A stretch of 64,000 bases of DNA from an uncultured bacterium (GCA_937139605.1 CAKZQG010000044.1:22360-86359), one strand, 5' to 3'. Shown: positions 38,001-47,478, counted from the stretch's first letter. A program made the numbers and translations. Notes: generated by a model not told the origin, from the sequence alone.

Positions 38001-38940
38001 GTATCATATCAGGTTTTTCGTTTAATTTTCCTAAAACTCCAAAAGGTCCGTCAAATATTAAACTACCTATTAATTTAGAATCATCAGGAATATAAGATAA
38101 CTTAAAAGATTCATTATATCTATTTATAACAGTAATAACTTTGGATTTATAAACAGGAGCTTTAAGATTACCAACTGAAAGCATAGGATGCCCAAAAGCT
38201 AAAAATACTCCATCTTTATCTAATTTAGTTAATGTTCCTGTACCATATATTTTAATATCCCCATCAACTAACGCTACGCTTATACTATCCCCTTCCTTTA
38301 ATAAACTACTATTATCAACTTCATAAATTTCCTTTGATTTATTATATAAACTATATGAATCTTCTAAAACAAAATAATTCTTAATTACCGTATCCTTAAT
38401 ACTACTTATATTATTCAAAATACTATTGTCAATATTATTGTTATTAAGTTGTTTTAAAATTTCTTTATTAAATTTTTCAAAATAAGGGATATTATAAGAA
38501 AACATATATTTTAATTTAGTATTATTTAGATCTAAATTAAAGTAAGGATAATTTCTAAGTTGGTTCATATATTCAATAGGCATAACAAAAGCAATAGGTT
38601 CCTTTTGAAAATCATAACCAGCAAATAAAGCTCCAATTAATTTATTATCCTTAAAAACGGGGCTTCCACTCATCCCCGCCGCAACATCTACTTTTACATT
38701 TTTCAATCTTATTATATAAACTTTAAAATCAACTGTATCCTGTATCTTTATAGGATAAGGTTTAATAAATTCTACTTCTATTTCCTGAACCCCATTCCCA
38801 ATATCCGTTAATAAATAATCCTTACAAAAACTTAAATTAATACCTACCAAAAAATAAATAAATACAATTGCTATTATCTTTAATATACTTTTTATCTTAA
38901 AGATATTTTTACCAAAATTTAATGTTATTATTAATTTCAT
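35014..38940 (-). CDS. giant secreted protein: N-terminal SpoIVB-like (S55) serine-peptidase domain plus beta-propeller/Ig-like repeats
   Basis: 1308 aa. It has an N-terminal signal/TM and VDVAAGMSGSPVFKDNKLIGALFAGY (S55 GMSGSP(I/V) motif) with a downstream LAFGHPMLSVGNL. The central region has repeated beta-strand-rich modules (SLYAGSYGGILIKLNL...). Confidence 0.45.
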   Translation of the reverse strand: MKLIITLNFGKNIFKIKSILKIIAIVFIYFLVGINLSFCKDYLLTDIGNGVQEIEVEFIKPYPIKIQDTVDFKVYIIRLKNVKVDVAAGMSGSPVFKDNKLIGALFAGYDFQKEPIAFVMPIEYMNQLRNYPYFNLDLNNTKLKYMFSYNIPYFEKFNKEILKQLNNNNIDNSILNNISSIKDTVIKNYFVLEDSYSLYNKSKEIYEVDNSSLLKEGDSISVALVDGDIKIYGTGTLTKLDKDGVFLAFGHPMLSVGNLKAPVYKSKVITVINRYNESFKLSYIPDDSKLIGSLIFDGPFGVLGKLNEKPDMIPLNISISFNGKSLKNYNCKVIDNSKYLPFLSVLTLYIASSKYIQDNQNLPFELNFKVYFENNKEQNIYLPSINGNYNMILANLIKYLSFINSIPSKNNKIKYISANLNISPLNIGIINNIYISNFKDNQVEFNLNYFNPLTSVEGRDKIEVVLPSEETNGTIYLGLGGGYYLYDIFDKLGITILPPKDFTEFLSYANVFINSNPKTIVCVIATNLWGALTDNEKFIPLTYKEILKMYFNFRLPFIYLSYYPVVFRKDINKILLGMDFFSFDVNGNISKADKKKSDNSTSKETSNSYYPYYSSVLDYVVNFNNFYNTNNLNNTIDFKDSNQDILKQIEDILYNKEQDNDSQEQKNVKTKQTKKESVNIDNVIDLSNYSDLVEGYQNGVSLNYFSNLKYDKSFNNFIINKNFSKVLVYRDNFISLSYLYNSKTCVGIYDRNFNLVKEYIFDYIFSNAIVYQNYLLAVDYVGNILKINIDNGNIELRFNFNYAISDIVIYKDNLIFSTVSFPAKIIICNLNDFKLLKVFEFPYLGISNLAVDDDSLYAGSYGGILIKLNLNNYSLKTFNTFQENITALCVVDNNLLVGTGSRGYLFVFDKNLFDNPVLYDGFSTDTNTEISDIFQFKNYLYLIIKSNDTKVYRINKNNLFGIATANYQNTLNLNWEKIFNFELFSYPIKTVVFKDNVYLGFIDNSKTVFNFYNFSDSYGIYISKVFDVSSDKYLNDIVLDYKGKVDLQVRFGNSPIVDNTWTNWINNFKDYDFKKSYRYFQYKLILYKDSEVYSIKGLVGKNNRKPFIIVNDEFKKLSVNNSLKVSYLDFDGDVLNIKLFVKNIKDNNWQLVDSKLVKANACDFNNPSFESTTLDLANLKNFINKSGYYEFKITIDDKLSNVDNYFIQEFKFNLYIDYDEFKIISFDIKNGVINIKVESKALVGVSLVIEAPSDSFEIPLKLIDKNGNIWIFKGVIPDNLEYKNKDYNLYLIIKDEMGNSLKKQLYQN

Positions 38941-38942
38941 TA

Positions 38943-39869
38943 TTATTTAACTCCTTTCATAATATTATATTGCTCAAAAGTTTCTTGATAAGTTTTCTTA
39001 GCAATTTCTTTCAAAATCTTAAATACTTCTATATAGTTATTTTTCTTAGTATTAAATAAATTGAAGTCAAAAATTAAAGGAGAAATAGAAATATATCCAT
39101 TAAAAACTGCTTCAATATCAGTTATAAAAATATTATTATCTTTATCATAGTTTTCTAAATAATTTTGGATTTTATTAATAACAGAATCATCAAAATTAGC
39201 AGGATGTAATTTCCAGTAAATCCAAAAATACCTATTTTCTTTGGGATCTAATCTAGGTTCCAATTCAGCTTTATGACGATAAAAATCATGGATAGTAATT
39301 ATTGGGAAACTATCTTTTTTTAATTTTTCAAAAGCAGGAAAATTTATATTTAAAAAAACTTTATCAAATAAATTATCATCCATTACATCCTTATAATATT
39401 TTACAAATTTATAAATAAATAAACTAGAATAAGAGTAATCAGGATCATTATATTGAAATAAACTAACAGAAATAGATTTAATATTATTAACAAAGGCTTC
39501 AATAGCAGCAGATACTGTTCCAGATATACTTAAATCGTACCCTAAATTAGGTCCCCTATTTATCCCAGAAACAACTAAATCTACATCTGGTAATAAATAC
39601 TTACTGCCGATAATAACGCAATCTGCAGGAGAACCCGTAGCTTCATAGATATCTAATTTCCCATCAGAATAGAGATTTTTTATTTTAACAGGGATTTTAT
39701 ACGTAATGGAATGGCCACTAACACTTCGCTCCTCATTAGGCGCTATAACTACTAATTTATTTACAAAATCATCCGAATCCTCACTAAAAACCTTATACAA
39801 TGAAATAATCCCATCCGAATTAACCCCATCATCATTAGTAAAAATTAAATTTAATTTTCTATTATTCAA
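38943..39869 (-). CDS. surE: 5'/3'-nucleotidase SurE-family protein (with C-terminal extension)
   Basis: LNLIFTNDDGVNSDGIISLYKVF...VVIAPNEERSVSGHSITY matches the SurE N-terminus (ILLTNDDG..A.GI..L...L....V.V.AP...QSG.G.SIT). Confidence 0.7.
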   Translation of the reverse strand: MNNRKLNLIFTNDDGVNSDGIISLYKVFSEDSDDFVNKLVVIAPNEERSVSGHSITYKIPVKIKNLYSDGKLDIYEATGSPADCVIIGSKYLLPDVDLVVSGINRGPNLGYDLSISGTVSAAIEAFVNNIKSISVSLFQYNDPDYSYSSLFIYKFVKYYKDVMDDNLFDKVFLNINFPAFEKLKKDSFPIITIHDFYRHKAELEPRLDPKENRYFWIYWKLHPANFDDSVINKIQNYLENYDKDNNIFITDIEAVFNGYISISPLIFDFNLFNTKKNNYIEVFKILKEIAKKTYQETFEQYNIMKGVK

Positions 39870-39908
39870 AATAAACCCCCTTCCTTTCTATCTTTATTTA
39901 AGATCACT

Positions 39909-41198
39909 TTATTCTTTTTTTATAATATCTTTAACTTTATTAACAATTTCAAGGTTTCTACTATCAAGAAGTTTCATTAATGTATTAATTACAATTTTAT
40001 AATTTGCTTTCTGGATTATATTAAGCATCTTTAAAATAATGTTATCATCATAAAGAAATAATTCTTTTGTAAAAGCTTCTAATTTATTATCGTTTAAAAC
40101 TATATCAAATTCATCAATAAAATCAAGGATTACATTTTTCAATCTATTATTTTCGGTTTTTGTAAAATCTTGAAGAATTTTACCTAAAAGACTATCCAAA
40201 ATTTCACTATCTTCTTCTTTTTTATTTAACAAATTTCCTTTAAAAATTTCTTTATTATTTACAAAATTAGCCAAAAAATAATACTTTAAAGCATAATTAT
40301 TAGATAAATTAGTATAAATATCATTAGTTATTTTTAGTAAATTTAGTTTTAAAAAGTATTTTTCATCTTCAAGTTTATCAGCTACATAATTTTCTAAATT
40401 CTTATTAATACCAATAATATTTTTAATAATATTCAAAGAAAAGCAAAGATTTAAAAGGATCAAATTTATTATATTAATTTTATTTTCGTCATCTATATTA
40501 CTAATAAATGAATTAATAAAATTCAAAGCTTTGTAAATAAAATGATTGAGATATTCAAACACAAAAATAGCATTAAATTTTTCTTTGTTTTTATCAATAT
40601 ATTTAATTATATCTAAAAAAGCTTCAAAGAAATTAATAAAAAAATGCTCCCATTTAGGATAATTAGTCTCATAATAACTCTTTAAAAACTCAAAAGCTTT
40701 ATCAATATATTTTGAATTATTTCTATAATTTAATGCTAAATATAAAACTACTTCAAATACTTTAATATTAACTAAAAACGGTTTATCTTTATTTAAAAGA
40801 TTTAAAATTTCATCTATATATCCTATATACCCATATTTTTTGATAAACTCTAAATACTCTTTTAAACATTCTATATCATTTTCAGATTTTAAATAATTCA
40901 TAATATCAACTATAAGATCTTTGTAATCCATTAAATATGCTATTTTAACTACATATAATCTTATTAAAGAAACATTCGTATAAATCTGATTATAAACTAC
41001 TTTAGAAATAGAAGAAAATTGGATTCTAAATTTATTAAATAGTTTTTCATCTTTTTTAATATATAATATAGTTTTATAAATATTTATTAATGTATCCAAA
41101 ACAACTGAATCTTTATTAGAAGATATATTTTTATACCAATTATTAATAACTTCTTTTAGATATAAATCATTTTGTAGTTTAGATAAATCTATTTCCAC
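39909..41198 (-). CDS. hypothetical alpha-helical repeat protein
   Basis: 429 aa. It is helical and low-complexity (HEAT/TPR-like feel) with no catalytic motif. The ORF is intact in the gene-dense minus-strand run. Confidence 0.3.
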   Translation of the reverse strand: MEIDLSKLQNDLYLKEVINNWYKNISSNKDSVVLDTLINIYKTILYIKKDEKLFNKFRIQFSSISKVVYNQIYTNVSLIRLYVVKIAYLMDYKDLIVDIMNYLKSENDIECLKEYLEFIKKYGYIGYIDEILNLLNKDKPFLVNIKVFEVVLYLALNYRNNSKYIDKAFEFLKSYYETNYPKWEHFFINFFEAFLDIIKYIDKNKEKFNAIFVFEYLNHFIYKALNFINSFISNIDDENKINIINLILLNLCFSLNIIKNIIGINKNLENYVADKLEDEKYFLKLNLLKITNDIYTNLSNNYALKYYFLANFVNNKEIFKGNLLNKKEEDSEILDSLLGKILQDFTKTENNRLKNVILDFIDEFDIVLNDNKLEAFTKELFLYDDNIILKMLNIIQKANYKIVINTLMKLLDSRNLEIVNKVKDIIKKE

Positions 41199-41212
41199 AG
41201 TTTTTATCTATC

Positions 41213-41303
41213 AGGAGGGAAGGGGATTTGAACCCCTGAGGTAGTGTCAAAACTACCTAGTGGTTTTCGAGACCACCGCCTTCGACCACTCGGCCATCCC
41301 TCC
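41213..41303 (-). tRNA. tRNA-Ser (anticodon CGA), long variable arm
   Basis: Minus strand: GGAGGGATGGCCGAGTGGTCGAAGGCGGTGGTCTCGAAAACCACTAGGTAGTTTTGACACTACCTCAGGGGTTCAAATCCCCTTCCCTCCT. The anticodon loop is CTCGAAA, there is a long extra arm, and the T-loop is TTCAAAT. Confidence 0.8.
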
Positions 41304-41324
41304 ACATCTAATATCTCATAAAAA

Positions 41325-42941
41325 TTAGAAATCTATTTTTTCAGAGACACTTTTAGGATTAAGGAAAAACAATAAATAATCTGGGCCACCAGCTTTTGAG
41401 TTAGTTCCACTAAACTTAAATCCCCCAAATGGATGAACCCCGACAATAGCACCCGTACATTTCCTGTTTATATACAAATTCCCACAATAAAACTCATTCT
41501 TAGCTTTATTAATATTAAACCTATTTTGACTAAAAACCGCACCAGTTAAACCATATTCTACACTATTAGCTATACTAATAGCCTCATCAAAATCAGAATA
41601 TTTCATAACCGCTAAAACAGGACCAAAAATCTCTTCTTGCGCAATAACATCATTAACTTTTACATCTTCAAATACAGTAGGCTCAATATAATACCCTGAA
41701 TACTTATAGTCATATCTTTTTCCCCCAAAAACTAACTTATTCTGTTTTTTACCAATTTCTATATAATTCATTATTTTATTCAGTGCTTGTTCATTTATAA
41801 CCGGTCCTAAGAATTTATTTTCCTTAGGTAACCCTATTTCTATTTTTGACACATTTTCTAATAGCTTATTCATAAATTTATCGTAAATATTTTTATGAAG
41901 GAGCAAACGAGATAAAGCCGAGCATTTTTGTCCTTGGAATCCGAAAGCACTAGCTATAACAGAATTAACTGCATAGTTCATAAAATCTTCATCATAAATT
42001 TCATCAACAATAATAGCATTTTTCCCACCCATTTCTGCTATAACTCTTTTTAAATGTGATCTTCCTGGATAATTTGCAGCATTTTTATGAATAAGCAAAC
42101 CAACTTCTTTAGAACCTGTAAAAGCTATCATATGAATATCAGGATGTTTTACTAAATAATCTCCAACAATTTCGCCAGTACCTGGAAGATAATTAATAAC
42201 GCCTTCAGGAACTCCAGCTTCTATTAGTAATTCATATAACAGATAGCTCATCATAGGAGCATCTTCAGCAGGCTTAAGTATAACAGTATTACCAGTTATT
42301 AAAGCAGCAACAGTCATACCTAAGGGTATAGCGAGTGGGAAATTCCATGGAGGAATAACAACTACAACCCCTAAAGGCAAATAATAATAATAATTAACTT
42401 CCCCAGGAAATGGTAATAATTTTTTAGGATTTTCATGAATATCTATCATTAAATTAGAGTAGTATTCAAGGTAATCGATAGCTTCAGCGACATCAGCATC
42501 AGCTTCTGTCCAATTCTTACCAACTTCTAAAACCATCCAAGCAATAAACTCAAATCTCCTTTTTCTCAAAATATTAGCAGCTAATCTAAATATATTAACT
42601 CTATCATATACGTTAAGCTTAGCCCAAGTTTTAAATTTTTCATTAGCATATTTTACAGCTTTATCAGCTAACTCAATAGTAGCATCTTGAAATATTCCTA
42701 TTACTTGATTAGTATCTCCAGGATTTATAGATAGTATCTTTTTATCAACATAATATTCTTTATCAATAAAGATAGGGTACTCTTTATTTAAATTAGATTC
42801 AACAAATTCAAAAGCTTTTTTGATTTTCTCAATGTTTATAGGATTTTTAAAATCTAAAAAAGGTTCAGTAGCGTATTCCCAACTACTATGAATAATGGGA
42901 TCATTTAAGTGATTTAATTTAGTAAAATTTGTAGTTTTCAT
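41325..42941 (-). CDS. rocA: L-glutamate gamma-semialdehyde (1-pyrroline-5-carboxylate) dehydrogenase, ALDH superfamily
   Basis: 538 aa. NWTEADADVAEAIDYLEYYS is typical of RocA/PruA. It also has EMGGKNAIIV and the catalytic Cys in GFQGQKCSALSRLL. Confidence 0.75.
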   Translation of the reverse strand: MKTTNFTKLNHLNDPIIHSSWEYATEPFLDFKNPINIEKIKKAFEFVESNLNKEYPIFIDKEYYVDKKILSINPGDTNQVIGIFQDATIELADKAVKYANEKFKTWAKLNVYDRVNIFRLAANILRKRRFEFIAWMVLEVGKNWTEADADVAEAIDYLEYYSNLMIDIHENPKKLLPFPGEVNYYYYLPLGVVVVIPPWNFPLAIPLGMTVAALITGNTVILKPAEDAPMMSYLLYELLIEAGVPEGVINYLPGTGEIVGDYLVKHPDIHMIAFTGSKEVGLLIHKNAANYPGRSHLKRVIAEMGGKNAIIVDEIYDEDFMNYAVNSVIASAFGFQGQKCSALSRLLLHKNIYDKFMNKLLENVSKIEIGLPKENKFLGPVINEQALNKIMNYIEIGKKQNKLVFGGKRYDYKYSGYYIEPTVFEDVKVNDVIAQEEIFGPVLAVMKYSDFDEAISIANSVEYGLTGAVFSQNRFNINKAKNEFYCGNLYINRKCTGAIVGVHPFGGFKFSGTNSKAGGPDYLLFFLNPKSVSEKIDF

Positions 42942-43058
42942 AATAATATCCCCCCTTTTTATAAATAATCTTTTAAATTAAAAATACTAAAATGCTTCTA
43001 ATTTAGATTTTCTATAATAAAAACATAATACCTACTTGGAGATTATTTTTTTAAGATA

Positions 43059-44117
43059 TTATTTTTTTAAGAAAACATTTTCAACGGAGAAGCCATGCTT
43101 ATCAGCTAATTCTTTAATTTTAATAATTTTATTACTATCAATATTTCTACCGATACTATAGTTTTCTTTAATATTTTCAGCAGTAAGGATAATAGTTTCA
43201 GCCATACAAGCTAAAACATTATTCTTAGGATACCCTATTATATCTTCAAAAGATATATTATTAAATAATTTTCTAAATGTAGGGATAGAAGGTAATCTAA
43301 TAATTCCGCCTTCAATAACAATAACATCTTTTCGTTTTTCAATAACTTCCTTAGATACATTATGAGGCATAGAAATATCACATACTATAGAATTATATTT
43401 TAAGTCATTAACATTAATTAATTCATTAGGACTAGAGGTAGCAACGATAACTACATCACTAACTTTAGTAGCTTCAGAGATATTATTTGTAATTAAAATA
43501 TTTTCTTTATTAAAATAAGGGTCATTTATAGTGATTTCATTTTTTAAAGCATTTAATCGGCTTTTATTTCTTGCAACTAAATATATCTTTTTATAATCTC
43601 TATATATTAAATTAGAGATAGCTTTACCAATAGCACCAGTAGCGCCAATAACAGATACAACTAAATCTTTTTTATTTAAATTCATTTGATTTAAATTATA
43701 ATCGACTACTTCTAAAGAGGAAGCTACAGTATAAGAAGCCCCAGAGGTAAAATATAATCTTTCTTTAAAGAGATTAACTAAAGTTAATCCAGCACGCCCT
43801 ACAATAGAAGTAAAAGCCCCCAAACCTAATATTTTAGTACCTAATTTTATAGCTAAATTACTAGCTTTTATTAATTTACTAACTGCCAATTTTTCGTCTT
43901 CTATAAACTGCTTGGCTAATAAAGGGATAACTATGAACATTCCAAAAACTGTATCATTAGTTTTAGTTTTTAATTCAATTTCAGCAGCAACAAAAGGATC
44001 TATCCATTTCAAAATTCCTTCAATAAAATCAGGTCTTTTATTAACAAGCTCAGGCATAACCCTATATAAGTCATTATAATTTAAAGGATGAATAAAAAAC
44101 CCAAAAGGTCCTTTCAT
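43059..44117 (-). CDS. NAD(P)-binding oxidoreductase of the shikimate/quinate-dehydrogenase-like (AroE-like) family, function unknown
   Basis: 352 aa. The N-terminus is MKGPFGFFIHPLNYNDL. The Rossmann motif is VIGATGAIGKAISNLI. The overall layout of an N-terminal substrate domain plus a C-terminal NAD(P) domain fits this family. Confidence 0.35.
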   Translation of the reverse strand: MKGPFGFFIHPLNYNDLYRVMPELVNKRPDFIEGILKWIDPFVAAEIELKTKTNDTVFGMFIVIPLLAKQFIEDEKLAVSKLIKASNLAIKLGTKILGLGAFTSIVGRAGLTLVNLFKERLYFTSGASYTVASSLEVVDYNLNQMNLNKKDLVVSVIGATGAIGKAISNLIYRDYKKIYLVARNKSRLNALKNEITINDPYFNKENILITNNISEATKVSDVVIVATSSPNELINVNDLKYNSIVCDISMPHNVSKEVIEKRKDVIVIEGGIIRLPSIPTFRKLFNNISFEDIIGYPKNNVLACMAETIILTAENIKENYSIGRNIDSNKIIKIKELADKHGFSVENVFLKK

Positions 44118-44118
44118 T

Positions 44119-44898
44119 TTACCTTAATAATAAACCCCTTTCACTACCCAAATTTATAAAATCTAAAACTATATTCAAAATTAACAATTCATCTATTTTA
44201 TTATTTTCAATGAGTTCATTTTTAAGGATTTGTAATTCTTCTTTTATTCTACTTATAGTAAATCCTTTTGTATAGATCAACTGATATATTTTTTTAGCGA
44301 TGTTTATTTGATTAAAATTGAATCCATTTCTTTTCATTCCTTCTTTATTAATTCCAACGACTTTAGCAGGGTTCCCGTCAACCATCATAAACGGTGGGAC
44401 ATCTTTAACAACTTTAGCCATCCCCCCAACAATAGTGTATTTTCCTATTTTAACTTTCTGATGGATTCCAGCCATTCCACCTAAAATGACATAATCATCA
44501 ATAAAAGAATATCCAGCCATTGCAGCATATGAAGAAATAACCGTATTACTTCCTACATAACAATTATGTGCAATATGAGAATATGCCATAATATAATTAT
44601 TATCTTTTATAATAGTTTTATTATTTAAACCTGTAGCTCTGTGAATAGTAGTAAATTCTCTAATAATATTATTTTTACCTATAAAAACAAAAGATTGCTC
44701 ATTTTTAAAACTTTTATCTTGTGGAGGAGTTCCAATAACAACAAATGGATATATAATCGTTCCTTCATCTATAATTGTATTACATTCAATAAAAACATTA
44801 TCCATTATTTTGACATTCTTAGAAATTTTACAATTAGGTCCAATATAAACATTTTTTCCAATATAATCGCTTAATACAACAGAACTACTATCAATATT
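44119..44898 (-). CDS. lpxA: acyl-ACP--UDP-N-acetylglucosamine O-acyltransferase
   Basis: It shows hexapeptide-repeat left-handed beta-helix sequence. IAHNCYVGSNTVISSYAAMAGYSFIDDYVILGGMAGIHQKVKIGKYTIVGGMAKVVKDVPPFMMVDGNPAKVVGINKEGMKRNGF is the conserved LpxA C-terminal region. The start is taken at MNIDSS. Confidence 0.8.
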   Translation of the reverse strand, partial: NIDSSSVVLSDYIGKNVYIGPNCKISKNVKIMDNVFIECNTIIDEGTIIYPFVVIGTPPQDKSFKNEQSFVFIGKNNIIREFTTIHRATGLNNKTIIKDNNYIMAYSHIAHNCYVGSNTVISSYAAMAGYSFIDDYVILGGMAGIHQKVKIGKYTIVGGMAKVVKDVPPFMMVDGNPAKVVGINKEGMKRNGFNFNQINIAKKIYQLIYTKGFTISRIKEELQILKNELIENNKIDELLILNIVLDFINLGSERGLLLR

Positions 44899-44915
44899 CA
44901 TAGAAACAAAATAAT

Positions 44916-45899
44916 TCAAGAAACTTTTATTTTATCAACAATATTAAATTGTTCGTATATTCTTTTTAACATTTGAAAACTAACTTTTAAAGCGTTAATT
45001 CCATCATCAACAGTAACAAGCGGTTTTCTATTTTCATTAATAGAATTAATAAACTCTGTTAGTTCTAATCTCAAAGGTTCATATCTAATAACGTTAGGGA
45101 TTTCCACTTTCATTTCAAAGCTTTCATAATTAGCATCTTTATAAATATTAAGTGGCACATAATGAACTTCTACATACTGAGAAATATAATCTGCATAAAT
45201 AGAGTTATCTGATTGTATTATTCTAATTTTTCTTTCTTTAACGGGATGGCATCTACTACTAGTTAGAACAACAATAGTATCATTTTCAAAAGTGATACTA
45301 GCGTTAGCAATATCTTCATTTAAAGTAAAATCATATACACTATTTCCTAACGCATTTATTTCCCTAATTTCTTTACCTTTAAGTAGATAATTTACAACGA
45401 TATCTATATCATGAATCATAAGATCTAAAACTACACCGGTAGAGGGTTTTCTATTAGGTAGAGGTCCCATTCTTCTTATTTCCATAAATATAGGTTTTTT
45501 TATATAATTAATAATTTGTTTTAAAACGGGGTTAAATCTTTCAGTATGTCCTACCATGAAAATTATCCCTTTTTTATAAGCTAATTCTTTTAATTCTTCT
45601 GCATGTTCTAAGTTATCAGTGATAGGTTTTTCAATTAATATGTGTTTCCCATATTCTAATACAGTTTTAGCTACCTCATAGTGTTTATCAGTAGGTACTG
45701 CAATAGAAACAGCATCTACTGATTTTATTAATTCTTTAACTTCTTTATAATAATTAGTACCTAAGTTTTCAGCTACCATTTTAGCTTTAGATTCGTCTAA
45801 ATCATAAACCCCAACTAACTTACAGATCTTATTTTGTGAATAAATCCTAGCATGATGAAATCCCATATATCCAACGCCTATTACCCCAATTTTGAGCAT
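44916..45899 (-). CDS. Gfo/Idh/MocA-family NAD-dependent oxidoreductase
   Basis: 327 aa. The N-terminal Rossmann motif is MLKIGVIGVGYMGFHHARIY. EKP is conserved in ILIEKPIT. It sits between lpxA and fabZ. Confidence 0.7.
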   Translation of the reverse strand: MLKIGVIGVGYMGFHHARIYSQNKICKLVGVYDLDESKAKMVAENLGTNYYKEVKELIKSVDAVSIAVPTDKHYEVAKTVLEYGKHILIEKPITDNLEHAEELKELAYKKGIIFMVGHTERFNPVLKQIINYIKKPIFMEIRRMGPLPNRKPSTGVVLDLMIHDIDIVVNYLLKGKEIREINALGNSVYDFTLNEDIANASITFENDTIVVLTSSRCHPVKERKIRIIQSDNSIYADYISQYVEVHYVPLNIYKDANYESFEMKVEIPNVIRYEPLRLELTEFINSINENRKPLVTVDDGINALKVSFQMLKRIYEQFNIVDKIKVS

Positions 45900-45933
45900 A
45901 AAAAACCCCTTCTTTAGCTATTTTTTTATTATA

Positions 45934-46368
45934 TTATTTTTTAGGAGTGATTGCAAAAGTAAGGCTACCATAAGCTACTAAATTATTTTCTATATAAACT
46001 TCTCCCTTAGCAGTAGGAAATATAACTTCCCCTAATTTTTTTATTTTCTCTTTTTTAACTTTTATAATTAAATCATCTCCAGGCTTTACAGATTTCTTAA
46101 ATTTAAATTCATTAACAGCAGTTAAAACTGGTAGATATTGATCTTTAGGTTCAAAGTTATGTAAAAAAAGGATACCTGCCGCTTGTGCCATTGCTTCTAT
46201 TATTATAACGCCAGGTAATACAGGGTTATCTGGAAAATGCCCAACAAAAAACCATTCGTTTATACTTACACTTTTCTTTACAATTATCTCATCATCTTTT
46301 AAATCCAAAACTTTATCTACAAATAAAAACGGATATCTATGAGGTAACGATTTTAATATTATATCCAT
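45934..46368 (-). CDS. fabZ: 3-hydroxyacyl-ACP dehydratase
   Basis: 144 aa. LPHRYPFLFVDKVLDL and GHFPDNPVLPGVIIIEAMAQAAGIL are the FabZ signature blocks. Confidence 0.85.
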   Translation of the reverse strand: MDIILKSLPHRYPFLFVDKVLDLKDDEIIVKKSVSINEWFFVGHFPDNPVLPGVIIIEAMAQAAGILFLHNFEPKDQYLPVLTAVNEFKFKKSVKPGDDLIIKVKKEKIKKLGEVIFPTAKGEVYIENNLVAYGSLTFAITPKK

Positions 46369-46438
46369 TACCTCATAATTCTATATTAAAACAAACTTTC
46401 CTTTTAAAATTGTTTCAGAAAATTTTTAAATAAAAAAT

Positions 46439-47314
46439 TTAAATCATTTGAGGAATCCATATAGTTTTTATTTCTACAAAATTCATTAAAAATTCTAATT
46501 TAAATAAATCATCGTTATAAAAATCGGTTTCATTTATTTCTTTAATAAATGTTCTTTTAACATTAAAAGATGCACCTTCCTGAATAATTTCTTTTAATTT
46601 ACTATTTTTTTCATTTGATTCATTATAAACAAAACAAATATGATTAACATCCATATGATTGGCTAAAACAGGAACCAATTCTTGATAAAACCCAGATAGT
46701 ATATTAATAACTCCAGGTAATACATCAGATGCTATTATAATTTCAGAAAAAGATAATATACTTAAAGGGTTATTTTCAACTAAAACTACTACAACATTCC
46801 CAAGCATAATAATTGGGATAGTTAAAGAAATAAAAGCTAAAAGAGAGGGTTTATCTGGCAAAACTACTCCTACTATTCCTACAGGTTCTGGAGTAGAATA
46901 ATTAACAAATTTATTATTAACATTATTAATAGTTCCTATTAAATGGTGAAACTTGTCAGCAAAACCAGCAAAATATATTAACCTATCTATACTAAGTTCC
47001 ACTTCTTTTTTAGGGTCATTAGCTCCAGTCAAGCTTAGTTCATAGATAAATTCTTGTTTTCTATTTTCAAGTTCTTCAGCAATTCTATAGATTATTTGTC
47101 CTTTGTTATAACCAGTTTTTGATGCCCAGGTATTAAAAATAGCTCTTGAATATCTTACAGCGTCTCTTAAATCTTTTTTAGAGCTTCTAACTACATTAGC
47201 TAAAAATTTCCCATCCTTATCTAAAACCTTATAAGTCCTATTACTTTCACTTCTAATTAAGTTATTGTTTACTAATATTTTATATGTTTTTTTTACATTT
47301 AATCTTTGTTGCAT
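46439..47314 (-). CDS. truncated aldehyde-dehydrogenase-like protein (N-terminal/NAD-binding half only)
   Basis: 291 aa. The ALDH-like EPVGIVGVVLPDKPSLLAFISLTIPIIMLGNVVVVL matches EP.GVV..I.PWNFP...........A.GN..V.K. The protein ends before the catalytic Cys region. Confidence 0.4.
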   Translation of the reverse strand: MQQRLNVKKTYKILVNNNLIRSESNRTYKVLDKDGKFLANVVRSSKKDLRDAVRYSRAIFNTWASKTGYNKGQIIYRIAEELENRKQEFIYELSLTGANDPKKEVELSIDRLIYFAGFADKFHHLIGTINNVNNKFVNYSTPEPVGIVGVVLPDKPSLLAFISLTIPIIMLGNVVVVLVENNPLSILSFSEIIIASDVLPGVINILSGFYQELVPVLANHMDVNHICFVYNESNEKNSKLKEIIQEGASFNVKRTFIKEINETDFYNDDLFKLEFLMNFVEIKTIWIPQMI

Positions 47315-47478
47315 TAATACCTATTATTAACAAAAGTGTATAAGAATATACACCTTTGGCAGACCTATTTGTATTCCGCCATGTTATATCAGGTTAGCCC
47401 TATAGTCTGCAGGCGGTATTAGGCTAACCTTGTACCAAAACAATAGCCTATCTACATACAAAAACTACCTTAACAACT

